Below, piece after piece: positions 13,574 through 25,817 of a DNA stretch of 64,000 nucleotides. Source of the DNA: Mobula hypostoma (taxonomy: Eukaryota); contig NC_086097.1 of NCBI RefSeq assembly GCF_963921235.1, forward strand, positions 165,108,001 to 165,172,000. Reading direction: 5' to 3'. The translations under genes were made by a program, and so were the position numbers. The notes below the pieces were generated by a model that saw only the letters and a program-made list of their open reading frames with translations, searched no databases and was not told the DNA's origin. The first letter of the stretch is position 1. Every line of letters starts with the position of its first letter.

Positions 13574-14359
13574 GTAAGAAAACTGTAACTTTTGAGCTTC
13601 TTCTGAGAATCAAGTTTACTATCACTAACATACGTTGTGAGATTTGTTTTGTGATAGCAATACAGTGTAATAAATATAAATTACTAAAAGTTACAATAAG
13701 AAAAATAAATAGTACAAAATGAGAGCAAAATAGTTCTTTGGGTATTCTAGGAAATAATTTCGTGAAATCCATCGAGAGAAGGATTCGTAAAATTGCTTTA
13801 TATAATGATGACTCTGCAATTTACTCATTGATACAATGTTAAGCCAAGGCTCTTTGGTGTAAGAAGGAGAGGAAGACAGTAAAAGCAGAACAGCTCTTCC
13901 TGGAGGTGAAATGATTCTGTGCCACTGGAGATTGTGTATTATCAGAATATTTCATATTTTGAAAAAGGGGAAATGAGCATATATTATAGATTTTACATTT
14001 TAAGGTAAGCCTTAGTTTAGTTATAAGTAATTAGTATTGAGAACTCATCTATGCTTTAACAACATAATCTTTGGAAACTAAAGGATTGTAAACTTTGATG
14101 TTAGCCATTATTGTTTGGAAGCTTGGAGGGTCTTTGTAAAGTTAGATTGCCTTACTGACAACATTTGGAAAATATTCAGTAGTAGTACTGTTCTCTAATC
14201 AATAGTACACTGTACTGCACAAAACTAAAAATAAATAAATAATTAATGGCTAGAATTGGTGATTTTCACATTCACTCAACTTAAAACCATTTATTCCTCT
14301 CCTTGCTCTGCTTCTATTGGATGAAGTGTTTTGAGTCATACTAAGATCAATAAATTCTT

Positions 14360-15345
14360 GTACTGGTATCTATCATCATCTTGAACTACTGCTGTCTTTC
14401 CAGCAAGGTAATTCCACTCTTGTTGAGAAGGAGGTCCAGAATTTGGACATAATGATGGTGATGTCCATGTCAACGTGGTGGGTAATTTAGACATGATGGT
14501 TTTGAAGCATATCAGCTCCTGTCTGAATGGTGACTTGGATCCACTCCAATTCACCTACTGAAACAACAGGTTGACAGCAGATGCTACCTCACTTCACACA
14601 ATCCTGCAATGTCTGAACAGCAAAGATGTATGCATCAGGATGCTCTTTATCAATTACAGTTTGGTATTTAACACTATCATTCCCTGAAAACTAGTCAGTA
14701 AAATCCAACACCTGAGCCTTGTGCAATGAGATGCTGGACTTGCTCACTTGTAGACCCCAGTCAGTCTGGATTGGCGAAAAACATTTCCTCCACAATTTCC
14801 ATCGGGAACACTACAGGGATGTGTACTTAGCCCCCGCTCTACTCACTTTCATCTATGACTGTGTAGCGAAGTACAGCTCCAACACCATATGCAAGTTTAC
14901 TGACAACACCACTGTAGTGGGCTGTATCAAAGTGGGTGATGAATCAGCATACAGGAGGGAGATTGAAAACTTGGCTGAGTGCTGTAATAACAACAACCTC
15001 TCACTCAATGTCAAAAAGACCAAGGAATTGATTTTAGACTTCAAGAGAGGGAAACCTGAGGGCCATGAGCCAGTAATTATCAGAGGTGGAGAGGGTCAGT
15101 AGCTTTAAAATCCTGGCTGTCACTATCTCAGAGGACGTGTCCTTGACCCATCATATAAGTACTGTTGGGAAGAAAGCACAACAGTGCCTCTACTTTCTCA
15201 GGAGTCAGTGGAGGATTGGCGTGTCATTGAAAACCTTGGCAAACTTCTATAGATGTGTGCTGACTAGCTGCATTACGGCCTGGTATGGGAACACCAATAC
15301 CTTTGAGCCTTTGTTAGTATGTTTATGGTGCAAGAATCAAGATCC
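14360..15345 (+). mobile_element. Rex1/Babar-like LINE RT remnant
   Basis: KFTDNTTVVGCI...DESAYRREIENLAECCNNNNLSLNVKKTKELI and KKAQQCLYFLR motifs, frameshifted. Confidence 0.85.
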
Positions 15346-15493
15346 TGAAGAAAAGTTTGGATCTCCACATCAAGCCATCTCTTGGTTACATCAAACATCA
15401 GTGTCAGAATCCACCAGTCTTCCCATGTACTATCTCAGCCCTCAGCAACCTGAGCAACAGAATATTCTGAGAGCAAGCCTAAGGAGTACATTA

Positions 15494-15745
15494 GGGGTGC
15501 CATGGTTGTGTAGCAGTTCATGTAACACTATTTCAGTGCCAGCTGCAAGATCGGTTTGATTCCCATTGCTGTCTGTAAGGAGTTGTTTGTTCTCCCCATA
15601 ACCATGTGGGTTTTCAGTAGATGTTCTGGTTTTCTGCCATATTGCAAACATGTATGGGTTAGGGAGTTGTGGACATGCTATATTTATGCTTGAAGCGTGG
15701 CGACACTTGCCAGCACAGTCACTCCATGTTGATTTGATGTAGTAA
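15494..15745 (+). mobile_element. Decayed tRNA-derived V-type SINE
   Basis: Similar to 10451-10690 ('ggtttgattccc...ctgtctgtaaggagtt...ccatgtgggtttt'). Confidence 0.65.
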
Positions 15746-15749
15746 CGTA

Positions 15750-16243
15750 CAGTACTGTGCAAAAGTCATAGGTACATATATATAGCTAGGATGTGTAAGA
15801 CTTGCACTTTGTCAACATGGAGCTGAGAGAGAGTGTGTAAATATGACGGGAGCAAAGAATGTTGGAAATGGGGAAGGTGGAGCACTGCGGGAGGGGTGTG
15901 AGATAGATGGCAGAGAAAGTGTGTCAGGGTCAGGGGGTCGCATGGGTGCAGACGCACCCAGCTCTGAGAGACCAGGCAGTCATTTGATTCTAAATATTTA
16001 GTTTATTGATCATTACAGAATGTCTCTCTGGTGCTTCCTGCTCCCTTCCCCTTTTCCCAACCATGATTCCTCTCTCTCCATCCCCTTCCCACTCTCAGTC
16101 CACAATAGAAACCCATATCAGAATGAGGTTTATCATCACTCACGTGTCATAAAATTTGTTTTTTTTTCGTGGTAGCAGTATAGAACAATACATAAAATTA
16201 CCACAGTACTGTGCAAAAGTCATATGCACCCTAGATATATATA
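15750..16243. mobile_element. Tc1/mariner-like MITE pieces
   Basis: Two copies of the terminus 'cagtactgtgcaaaagtcata' (15750 and 16205), each followed by a short (TA)n run. Confidence 0.55.
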
Positions 16244-19058
16244 TAAATTCTTATTCTCACCCCTTAGGGGTGGTGTGTATATGTATTTTCCCCTCATTCA
16301 CGGGTCCTCTACCAGAGGCCTGGGAGCTTGAGGGTTCAGAGTAGTATCCTTACTGTTCCAAGTAGTGTGCTCGCCTGGTCCGAGGTCTCAGACGTTGTTC
16401 TGGGGATTTGTTGGGGCCACTCTCCCAGTCCACATGTCACAGCTCCATGTGCTCCTATCACCACCAGGATTACTCTGGCTTTAACCTTCCAGATCCTTTC
16501 TGTCTATTCTTTCAAGCTGTGGTATTTCTCCAGCTTCTCATATTCTTTCTTCCTGACGTTACTGTCCTTCAAGATTGCTACATCTATTACTATTGTTTTC
16601 TTCTGTTCCTTGTCCAGTATTACTATGTCTGGTTGATTGGCCAGTCCCTGCTATCAGTCTGTATTTGGAAGTCCCACAGGATCTTAGCTCTGTCATTCTC
16701 CACTGCTTTCAGTGTTTCCCATTTGGACTTGGGTGTCCACTCCATACTCAGCACAGATGTTCCTGTACACAATTCCTGCAACTTGGTTGTGCCATTCAGT
16801 GTATGCTGTTCCTGCTTGCATCTTGCACCCTACTACTATGTTCTGGATGGTTTCAGTGGATTCCTTGCACAGTCTGCATTTTGGGTCTTGTCTGGTGTGA
16901 TAGACCCTTGCTTTCATTGCTCTTGTGCAGCCATGAGCAGCACATCTCTGCTGTCCCTCAGCTTTGCCATTTCCAGCTATTGTTAGGACTTTCTTATGTC
17001 AACCTCCTTTGATATCTGGCGATGATGCATCCTATGCAGTGGCTTGTACTGCCATGGCTTCTGGTCTTCTGGCTCTGCGTCTATATCCCGTGCCTGCTGT
17101 CTGGGGTATTCTCCTAGCAAGTCATCCTTAGGGGCTATGTTCTGAACATACTCATGGATGTTTCACATTTCTTCCAGGACTGTGGCCTTGACATTTCCAA
17201 GTCCTCGTCCTCCTTTATTCTGGCGGGTGTACAGTTGCTTGACGTTGGACTTTGGATGGAATCATCCATGTATTGCTAGTTGTTTCCACGTCTTGATATA
17301 AGCGGCTTGCAGTTCGCTCCTTGGCCAGCACGCTATTGTGGCCGGGTATCTGATGACTGATTGGGTGAATGTGTTGATGGCTTTGATCTTGTTCCTCCCA
17401 TTCATCTGGCTTTTTAGGACCTGTCTCAATCTTTGGAGGTACTTGGATGTTGCAGCCTTCCTTGTGTCCTCATCATGGCTGCAGGATCCCCAGGTATTTG
17501 TAGCTGTCCCATACGTCTAGTATGTGGCCTTTAGGTAACTCCAATTTCTTCAGTCTTAATGAGTTTGCCTCTTTTCACCACCATCCAGTCCAAGTTACAT
17601 CCTGATGTCTCTGCTGAACACCCTTGTCAGGTGGATTACTGAGTCAATGTCTCTTTCATTTGTGGCATATAGCTTGATACCATCCATGTACAAGAGATGG
17701 CTGATGGTCACTAGATTCTTGAACCTCTACCCATATCTGCTGGCTGAGGGGTTTTAAGCCGATGCAGAACAGCAGAGGGGATAGTATATCACCTTAGTAT
17801 ATTCCACATCTGATGGTCAATCATGCTACTGGCTTTGAGTTAACTTCTAGCATTGTTCTCCAATGGTCCATTGAGTTCTTGATTAAGGTCTTTAGTGTCT
17901 TGTTGACCTTGTACAGAGACAGGCATTCCAAGATGCATGTGTGGGGCATTGAGTCGTATGCTTTATGGTAGTCAATCCAGGTTCTGCTTAGGTTGGTTTC
18001 CCTGGTCTTGGAGACTCATGTGACTGCTTTGTCTACCAGTAGTTGGTGCTTGGAGCAATTATCAATCCTCCTCTGAGCAGGGCTCAGGAATTTACACACA
18101 TGTTCCTTCAGCTTGGTGGCTATGATGCCTGATAGGAGCTTCCATGTTGTTGAGAGGCAGGCTGTAGGCCAGTAGTTTGATGGTGTTTGTGAGGATCCTT
18201 CTTTATGAGTACTGCCCTTCCTTGAGTTAGCCAGTCAAGGTGGGAGCCTGCTTCAAGCAGCTGGTTCATTTGAGCTGCCAGCCGTGTACGTAATGCTGTT
18301 AGTTTCTGCAACCAATAGGTGTGGATCCTGTCAGGCTCCGGTGATGTCCAGTTCTTCATACTTGCTACCCGTTGCTGGACATTACTGCTGTGATGGTGAC
18401 TAGTTCTTCCTCTGGGAGGTTGCAGAGGCTTGCTTGTAGGTCTTTCAGCCATTGGGCACTGGTATTATGTCAAGCTTCTTTCTCCCATATATTCTTCCAG
18501 TACTCCTCAGTTGCTGTTTTGGTTGGTTCAGGTACTGGCATGTTGTTGCTCTGGAACTGTGTGAATACTTTTCCGGGTTCTTTGGAGAAGAGCGCATTTA
18601 TTTGCTTGGCCTCTGCGCCCTTAGTATATCTCTGTAGTCCGGTAGTCAGAGTTTTTAACTGTTGCTTTCCAGGGCTTTAGCTAGGGACATACCTCTGTAC
18701 TTCCTTAGTAGCCGGTCTTCCCACCTTTCTGCAGCTCAGTTAGTCTGCTGATCTTCGCCCTGTGGTTTTCATCCTGGCTTTGAATCATCAACTCCAGGGG
18801 GTGGGGTGGGGTTATAACAGTACTCTCCACTGTGTTTCATTTTGTAGCCCGGCATTTCTAGGACTGCTGCTGCTGATACATATATTAGGTTATTGGTCTC
18901 GGTTATTTTGGAGGTTGCAATTATGAGTAGTGCTTCATTGGCTGCTTCTAGCATGTTGTCTGATGGAATTTTATCAGTAAGTCTGATGGGCCTCGTTCGT
19001 TGATTGACAGTTGTCAGTTTAGCTTTGAGCTTCTCTGATTGCAGCAGCCAACGTCGAT
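16244..19058 (-). mobile_element. R4-clade (Dong/Rex6-like) non-LTR retrotransposon with RT and restriction-like endonuclease, decayed
   Basis: Minus-strand fragments KNWTSPEPDRIHTYWLQKL (pre-RT) and DPKCRLCKESTETIQNIVVGC...HNQVAGIVYRNIC (CCHC-type finger plus RHN motif of RLE elements). Multiple frameshifts. Confidence 0.8.
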
Positions 19059-19765
19059 ATGCCCCAGGGTGAGGTTTGAACTTGCATTTCCCGTATACAA
19101 GGTGATACTATGACCTTTGTGCCATCTGTGGGTGCTGGAGGTTATATATGCCTCAGTACTGTATTTCACTGTATGTTTCCATGTACATGTGACAAATAAA
19201 GCTAATCTTTTACATTTTTAAGGCTTCAGTATGGCACAAAATAATGGTCAACCTTGCAGTAGCGACTTACCCCATCCTCCTCAATCAGGCTCATTTTACA
19301 ACCGGGAATGGATATCTCATAGCACTGGAGATATAACACCATCTTAAACATCAAATCAGATCAATTGGCAGGGAAAAATAAAGCCAATGTTCACTCCCAT
19401 TGTCAACGTTCTGATCAGTTCATCCATCTGCAGTGGGTAGGCCACATTGTCCACAGGTTGGACAACAAATTCCCAAAACAAGCAGTCTAGTTCAAGATCA
19501 GTTGGAGTTAAAGATTTTCAAACAACTAAACAATATTTCCAAAAATAATATTTGTCAAAATGTTTCTTGATAAAACTTAAGACCCTTAATAACTCGGTAT
19601 AGGAGGAGCAGTCAAGAAGATACTTGGCCCGGGAACACGGCTAGGAGCATTGCAGCAAAAGAAAGGCACAGTGTTGCAAACTTGCCTATATGGGACAGGT
19701 TCTGAACATCCCACTTAGTGCATGAACCACTTCAGAACCATGAGAACTGTAACAGAAATAAGTCA

Positions 19766-20645
19766 GGCTACATCCACACTACACTGGATAAATCTATAAC
19801 CGAAGCCTTTTCTCTTTGTTTTTACCCTCCGTCCACTCTGAAGTGCCGTTTTCCTCCCTCCAGAGTGTGTAAATTTGAAAACACCGATTGTGCAGAGCAG
19901 TGTGGACGGGGTAAACGGATATTTTTAAAAACGCTGTCATGACGTGCCGGAACAGATAGTGGCAGCAGCGCGGCATTTCATTGTTTTCTTGAATGCAACC
20001 CCCCACACAACCTAACAATTTCAGAAGAGATGGCAATGAGACCGAAGCCAGAAGAGTTAGAAATGTACTCACCAAATACTTTGACCCATAGCTTACTGAA
20101 TAAATAAATATACTCACTTTGCCCTGTTTTCTGTCCTTGCTTGTATGAAGGTGGTTTACCTATTTATGCAAGTGCTTCTCTGACAATAGATGTGTAGCAG
20201 CCTAATGTAACATTGTATGGAAATACAAGATAACACTGATGCAGACGTGTTTTATACATTTAACAAGGTGCTTTATTAATGCAACAGAGTTAGTCAGTTT
20301 TTCAGTGTTCGTCATCAACCGGGTCATACTGTCCGTGAACTCCCTGTTACTCCCTCCATACGCTCCAGTATTTGTGGTTTTTTAGTTTTAAGTCCTCCTG
20401 CGTGAGAGCCAAGAGCAACTCCTTTAAAGTTTTTCTAGTCTGTAACTGGACAAATGCGCACCAAGTGTACTGTTTCCTCTTTGCTTGTTTTCTGTGTGTC
20501 CTGCGCATGCCCAGTAGGAGGAGATTTGCCCAAATATCCGCCTAATGTGGACGGAAATATTTTGAAAAATGCCTGGTGTGGGCGCCTATTGTTTTTACGC
20601 GAAACCAGGGTTTTCAAAATTAGCCGATTTAGTGTGGACGTAGCC
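19766..20645. mobile_element. Non-autonomous PIF/Harbinger-like DNA transposon (880 bp)
   Basis: TIRs GGCTACATCCACACT / AGTGTGGACGTAGCC and a 3-bp target duplication TCA at 19763-19765 and 20646-20648. No transposase ORF. Confidence 0.8.
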
Positions 20646-20963
20646 TCAGTCTCGGCCATGAAGATTGACAAAAAAAATAACATCATGAGTGTAGTCACCT
20701 TTCTCTTTGAGCCGAATGAAAATGGACTATGCAACCTTCATCATCTTAAATGGAGCTCTGTAAATGCAATTAGTTCCTTTCTCTCCCCCCCCCCAACCCT
20801 TATAGAATTTCCAAGCCCAGTAATTCATATTTTATCATTCGATTATGTACAACATAAAGTAGAATAGCTATGGTTTCCATATAATTTAATGTGTTTATTG
20901 ATTTTTATCCTGGTTCTTTATTTGGAGGTGTGTGTAAATGTTTGCAGTTTAAATCATGATTGA

Positions 20964-21128
<165 letters not shown>

Positions 21129-21310
21129 TAAGTGTGATCAAAAGTTTGTGGTTGAAAGAAAGCTAAATGACATGGTTTTAAATTATATTTTCCTCCTCCT
21201 TTTCTCCTGTCCACCCTGTGTTTTACATGTTAGAGGCATCTGAAGCACAGTTTGTAAAAGTGCTTTGTAGTTAAACTCTTTTTGTTATTGTTTTGGTCCC
21301 TTTCAGTCAG

Positions 21311-21494
21311 AACTTTACAAAATTGTCATTCGGTTTTCAAGTTATTCCCTTTTTGTTCAAGAGCCTGATGGTTGAGGGGTAATAACTTCCTCCAGACTCG
21401 CCACTAGGTTTAGGAACAGTTATTACTCCTCAACCATCAGATTCTTGAACCAAAAGGGAATAACTTGAAAACTGAATGACAATTTTGTAAATTT
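21311..21494. repeat. Long inverted repeat (~77-bp arms, ~20-nt loop)
   Basis: tttacaaaattgtcattcggttttcaagttattccc...gggtaataact pairs with agttattactcc...gggaataacttgaaaactgaatgacaattttgtaaa with few mismatches. Confidence 0.9.
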
Positions 21495-21765
21495 CTTCAC
21501 TCAACTTCACTTGCCTCACCAGAGAAATGTTCCCACAACCTATGGACTCATTTTCAAGGACTCTTCATCTTATTCTCAATATTTATTGCTTTTTTTTTCT
21601 TTTTGTATTTGCAGTTTGTTGTCTTTTGCACACTGGTTGAATGCCCAATTTGGTGCTGCCTTTCATTGATTCTATTGCTTTATTGCCTGCAAGAAAATGA
21701 CTTTCAGGGTTATATATGGTGACATATATGTACTATGATAATAAATTTCCTTTTAACTTTAACCT
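21392..21765 (+). mobile_element. LINE 3' end (Rex1/Babar-like)
   Basis: 'aggtttaggaacagttattactcctcaaccatcag' resembles the end-of-ORF R..NSF.P..I motif. Ends in 'gataataaatt...ttaactttaac', a short tandem tail. Confidence 0.6.
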
Positions 21766-22324
21766 TCTCTCTGTATGGAAGTGTCTCATGTCCTAGTTAG
21801 GTATGATGTCATCACGATTTGGCATTGCAGATTTGCAATGACAGATCTGCTGACACTTCCTTAATCCCCAGCATTTCTGATCATCCTAGCCTGAATACAT
21901 AGTAACTATTTTTCCTTCGGAATCATAAGTGTGTCCATTGTTCACAATCACGGAAATATTATCTCAAGGGGTAGTAGTTCTAGAGGATTGTTCACCGTCA
22001 CCAGTGCTTCATGGGAGTTAGGAATGCAGTAACACACATCCATAAATTAAAAGCAATATTAGTGTGGTGAATGATCTTAGATATTTAACTTCAGTAAAAA
22101 CTACATTTACAGTAATTTCAATGGGTTTATAAATTCCAAATAGAAGTAAAATTATAGCTCTAATTAAGTATGAATAAGTAGAATCGGAGTTGTATAGCAC
22201 AGAAAACAGACCCTGTTACTCATTACATCCATCTGCCAATCTTTTTGCCAATCTGCATAAATTTGTTTGCTCCTATTAGGGTAATTCTCTTCTGAGTTTT
22301 CCCTATTTAAGTGCTTTCCAAATA

Positions 22325-23145
22325 CAGTGAATTCAGGTTAATTGGGACACATTGAAACCAGCACATTTTGGGCCAATTAAGCAGCCAAAGTTTCATGGAA
22401 GTAGTTAAAAAGACAATCTACCATTTAACTGAGTAACAGATTATGTATTTAAATGAACTAGAGAAGAAATTAGAATATTAGAAAATTAGAATTTTGCCTG
22501 ACGCCAGCCCCCTAGGCCTGAGTCGACGTAGTAGTAGCGTCAGTACCACTACAGTATTAGAAAACTGTATTGGTTCCTAATAGTTATCGACAGAGGAATT
22601 CATCCAGTGTATGCTTTCATAGCCTTTTGTTTGTAAATGAACAAAATCAGTTCAGAAGTGTAGATAATAGACTGCCTTCATTGCCTTCCTGGATGAAGTT
22701 GTATCAAAAATTACTGCTTTTTAATTCACTGTGAGTCAGCCCAAATGAATTACATAACACAAGCACTCGCAACTGGCACTCTTTAAAAACTGTTTGCTCT
22801 AAGAATAGTGTAGTATCTAATGGTCACACAAGAGCACATGGCTGATGCTAATTAGAAATTGTTTGGCAACAGTCTCCCAATTAAGTGGCATAGTGTTCCA
22901 AATAAATGAAGGAAATTCCAGTCCTGCCGAAGGGTTTCTGCCCAAAATGTTGACTGTACTTTTTTCTCATAGAGGCTGCCTGGCCTGCTGAGTTCCTCTA
23001 GCATTTTGTGTGTGCTGCTTAGATTTCCAGCATCTGCAGGTTTTCTCTTGTTTGTGAAAGAAATTCTGGCTATTTTGTCCAATAATTTTTGTTCTTTAAG
23101 CGTTGTCCCAAATAAGTAGCTGCCCTGATTAACTGGAATCCACTG
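22325..23145. mobile_element. Tigger/pogo-like MITE
   Basis: TA|CAGTGAATTCAGGTTAAT ... ATTAACTGGAATCCACTG|TA. A related partial copy in the opposite orientation lies in the duplicated block (ending 25678 and 37800). Confidence 0.75.
22918..23056 (+). mobile_element. Penelope-related short terminal fragment with a mutated hammerhead motif
   Basis: cagtc-CTGCCGA-agggtttctgccc-AAAA-tgtt-gactg, with two core substitutions, followed by the same tail as 33465-33515. Confidence 0.7.
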
Positions 23146-23453
23146 TACCTCCTAAACTTCATAATTGTATCTGATTCCACCACATTCAGTGGAGGCGAGG
23201 TGTAGGTATCAACCACTCTGTTTTAAAACAAACCTTGCCCTCAAATTCCCTTTTAAATTCTTTTCTGTTACCTTAAATCTATTCCCTTCTGTTTTTGATA
23301 CTCCAGTATGAGAGAGAGATTCTGATTACTAACCGTATTTATGCTGCTTATAACTTTCTATATGTCTATCAAGCTCAGCCTCTTTTTCTCCAGGGAAACA
23401 AGTCCAGTCTATCCATTTTTTTCCCAATAACTAAACTTCATTCCGAATAACAT

Positions 23454-24135
23454 CTATCCTGGAGGACCTGCTTTACAGATTCCTTCCTAATTACTTCAAT
23501 TCTCTCTTCAGGAACTCCTCCCTTTTCCTACCTATGTGATTTGGGCCAGTATGTACCAAGACTTCTGGCTGCTCACTGTCCCTCTTTAGAACGGTTTGGA
23601 CCTAATCGGTGACGTCTCTGATCCTGGCACCTGGGAGGCAACATACCATCCGGGTGTCTACGTCAAGTCCACAGAATCTCGTGTCTACTTCTAACTATGG
23701 AATCCCCTCACACTACTATAGTCCTCCCCTCCCACCCCCACCCCCGGCCGAGTCACAACGCTAGACAGTGCCAGAGACAGGATCGTTGTAGCTTTCCCCA
23801 GTAGGTCTCCCACCCCCTGACAGTACAAAAGTGGTATACTTATTATTGAGGGGAACGCCCACGGGGATATCTGCAAAGGCTGCCCATTTCATTCCCATCT
23901 CCTGACAGTCACCCAGGTATCTGTCTCCCACAACTGAGAGGTGATCACTTCCCTATAGCTCCTATCAGTTTCCTGTATAAGTGGAAGGTCATCAAGCTGC
24001 AGCTCCAGATCCTTAACATGCTTTCTAAGGAGCTACAGTTTGATGCAGATGTGGTTATCAGGGAGGCTGAAGGTCTCCCAAAATTCCCACATCTCACACA
24101 ACACAACAAAGCCACTGGAGCCATCCTCACTGCAC
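23454..24135 (-). mobile_element. CR1 ORF1 fragment (zinc-finger/leucine-zipper and esterase region)
   Basis: Minus strand reads MVCCLPGAR (SGNH-esterase-like). The paralog at 37178-37402 reads CEMWEF...HICTRCTELQLL...LELQLDDL. Confidence 0.75.
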
Positions 24136-24332
24136 TATGTACTAACGTTGAATGTTACAATGGAAATCAAGGTTTGGAAGATGCAATTGTCGCGAGCGTT
24201 GTTTGAAGGCAGTCCATTATCTGCACTAGTGTCTGCGCTAATTTTGTTCATTTACAGTCAGTCAAAAGAACATGGTGGCATATAGTAGATTAATTCCTCC
24301 GTTGATAACTATTAGGAAGTAATACACTGTTT

Positions 24333-25497
24333 TAGATTAGATTAGATTCAACTTTATTGTCATTGCGCCGAGTACAGATACAAAGCCAATGAAATGCAGC
24401 TAGCATCTGACCAGAAATGCAAAGAATAGTGTTACTTACAAAATAACTACGAATAAAAAGTAAGTGCTACAGCACACAATTATGAAAGTACTGAGACAGT
24501 ACAATAGGGGTGCAATACTGCTTAGCGCTGTGATGTGAGGTTCAGCAGGGTCACAGCCTCAGGGAAGAAGCTCTTCCTGAGCCTGCTGGTGCGGGAGCGA
24601 AGGCTCCCGTAGCGCCTACTGGATGGGAGGAGAGTAAAAGGTCCATGGTTAGGGTGAGATGCATCCTTGATAATGCTTTTTGCCCTGCTGAGGCAGCGTT
24701 TATGGTAGATGTTCTCAGTGGTGGGCAATAATCCGCTGGGCAGTTTTCACCACACGCTGGAGTGCTTTGCGGTCCGATACGGGACAATTGCCATCCCACA
24801 CTGAGATGCGGTTGGTGAGTATGCTCTCAATGGTACAGTGGTAAAAGTCTGTCCGTATCCTGGGACAGAGGTGAGCTTTCTTGATGCTCCACAGGAAATA
24901 AAGGCACGGTTGCGCCTTTTTGATCAGGATGGAGGAGTTCAGGGACCAGGTGAGATCCTCGGAAATGTGGATGCCAAGGAATTTGAAGCTTGATACACAC
25001 TCCACTACAGCTCCGTTGATGTAGGTGGAGACGTGAGTGTGGCTCCTGGCATGCCTGAAGTCCACAATGATCTCCTTGGTCTTCTGGGTGTTCAGGGCTA
25101 GGTTGTTGTTGGCACAACATGCGGCCAGGTGCTGTAGGCCGTCTCGTCCTCCCCTCTGATCAGGCCAACCACCGTGGTGTCGTCTGCAAACTTGATTGTG
25201 GAGTTAGAACCAAGTACAGGAACGCAGTCATAGATGAAAAAGGAGTACAGAAGAGGGCTCAGCACACAGCCTTGAGGCACGCCGGTGTTCAGGGTGAGAG
25301 TGGAGGAGGAGAGGTTGTCTAACTTAACTGATTGGGGTCTATTAGTCAGAAAGTCCAAGGTCCAATTGCAGAGGGATGAGCTGATACCAAGCTGGCGAAG
25401 TTTGGCGATCAGCTTGGAGGGAATCACGGTATTGAATACTGAACTAAAGTCAATGAACAGCATTCTGACGTAAGAGTTGGGGCTGTCCAGGTGGGAC
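24333..25497 (-). mobile_element. 5'-truncated, relatively young Rex1/Babar-like LINE
   Basis: [28 protein letters not shown] and [12 protein letters not shown] motifs with an (AATCT)n tail at 24333-24348. Absent at the paralogous site near 37620. Confidence 0.9.
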
Positions 25498-25817
25498 AGT
25501 ACTGTGGTGGTATAGTAGTGTTCTAATTTGTTCTGTATTTCATTTAAATATATGATTTGTTATTCAAACAGCAGTCTGTCTTAACTATTTCCATGAAACT
25601 TCAGCTAACTGGGACAGTAACTTAGATGGGCCAAAATGTACTGGTCCCGATGTGCCCTAATTAACCAGAATCCACTGTATCTGGAGTAGTTTGCTGTAAT
25701 ATTTTGTCTAGAATAGTTGCTTAATTCACTTTTCATTATCAATGTATATTTATCATACGTCATTTTTTAGATGCACTGCAGGGATTTTTTGGTGTAGGGC
25801 ATCACCTGATTGAAGTA

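Larger units (their letters stand above)
22185..23453 (-). mobile_element. Old CR1 LINE, 3' part (interrupted by a MITE; appears to continue at 33516-34760)
   Basis: Reverse-complement similarity to CR1 3' regions. It breaks at 'aacatc' (23453) and the expected continuation 'aatctcctctgcactctct' appears at 33517. Confidence 0.6.

Noticed and set aside
16328..17012. Several overlapping + strand ORFs of 100-190 aa
   Set aside because: They are antisense shadows of the minus-strand R4-type ORF and have no recognisable protein motifs.
22496..22543. GC-rich patch with clustered CCTAGG, AGGCCT and GTCGAC palindromes, resembling a synthetic polylinker
   Set aside because: It ends in a (GTA)n run and interrupts a MITE, which fits a very short LINE 3' end better. 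No vector-like context.
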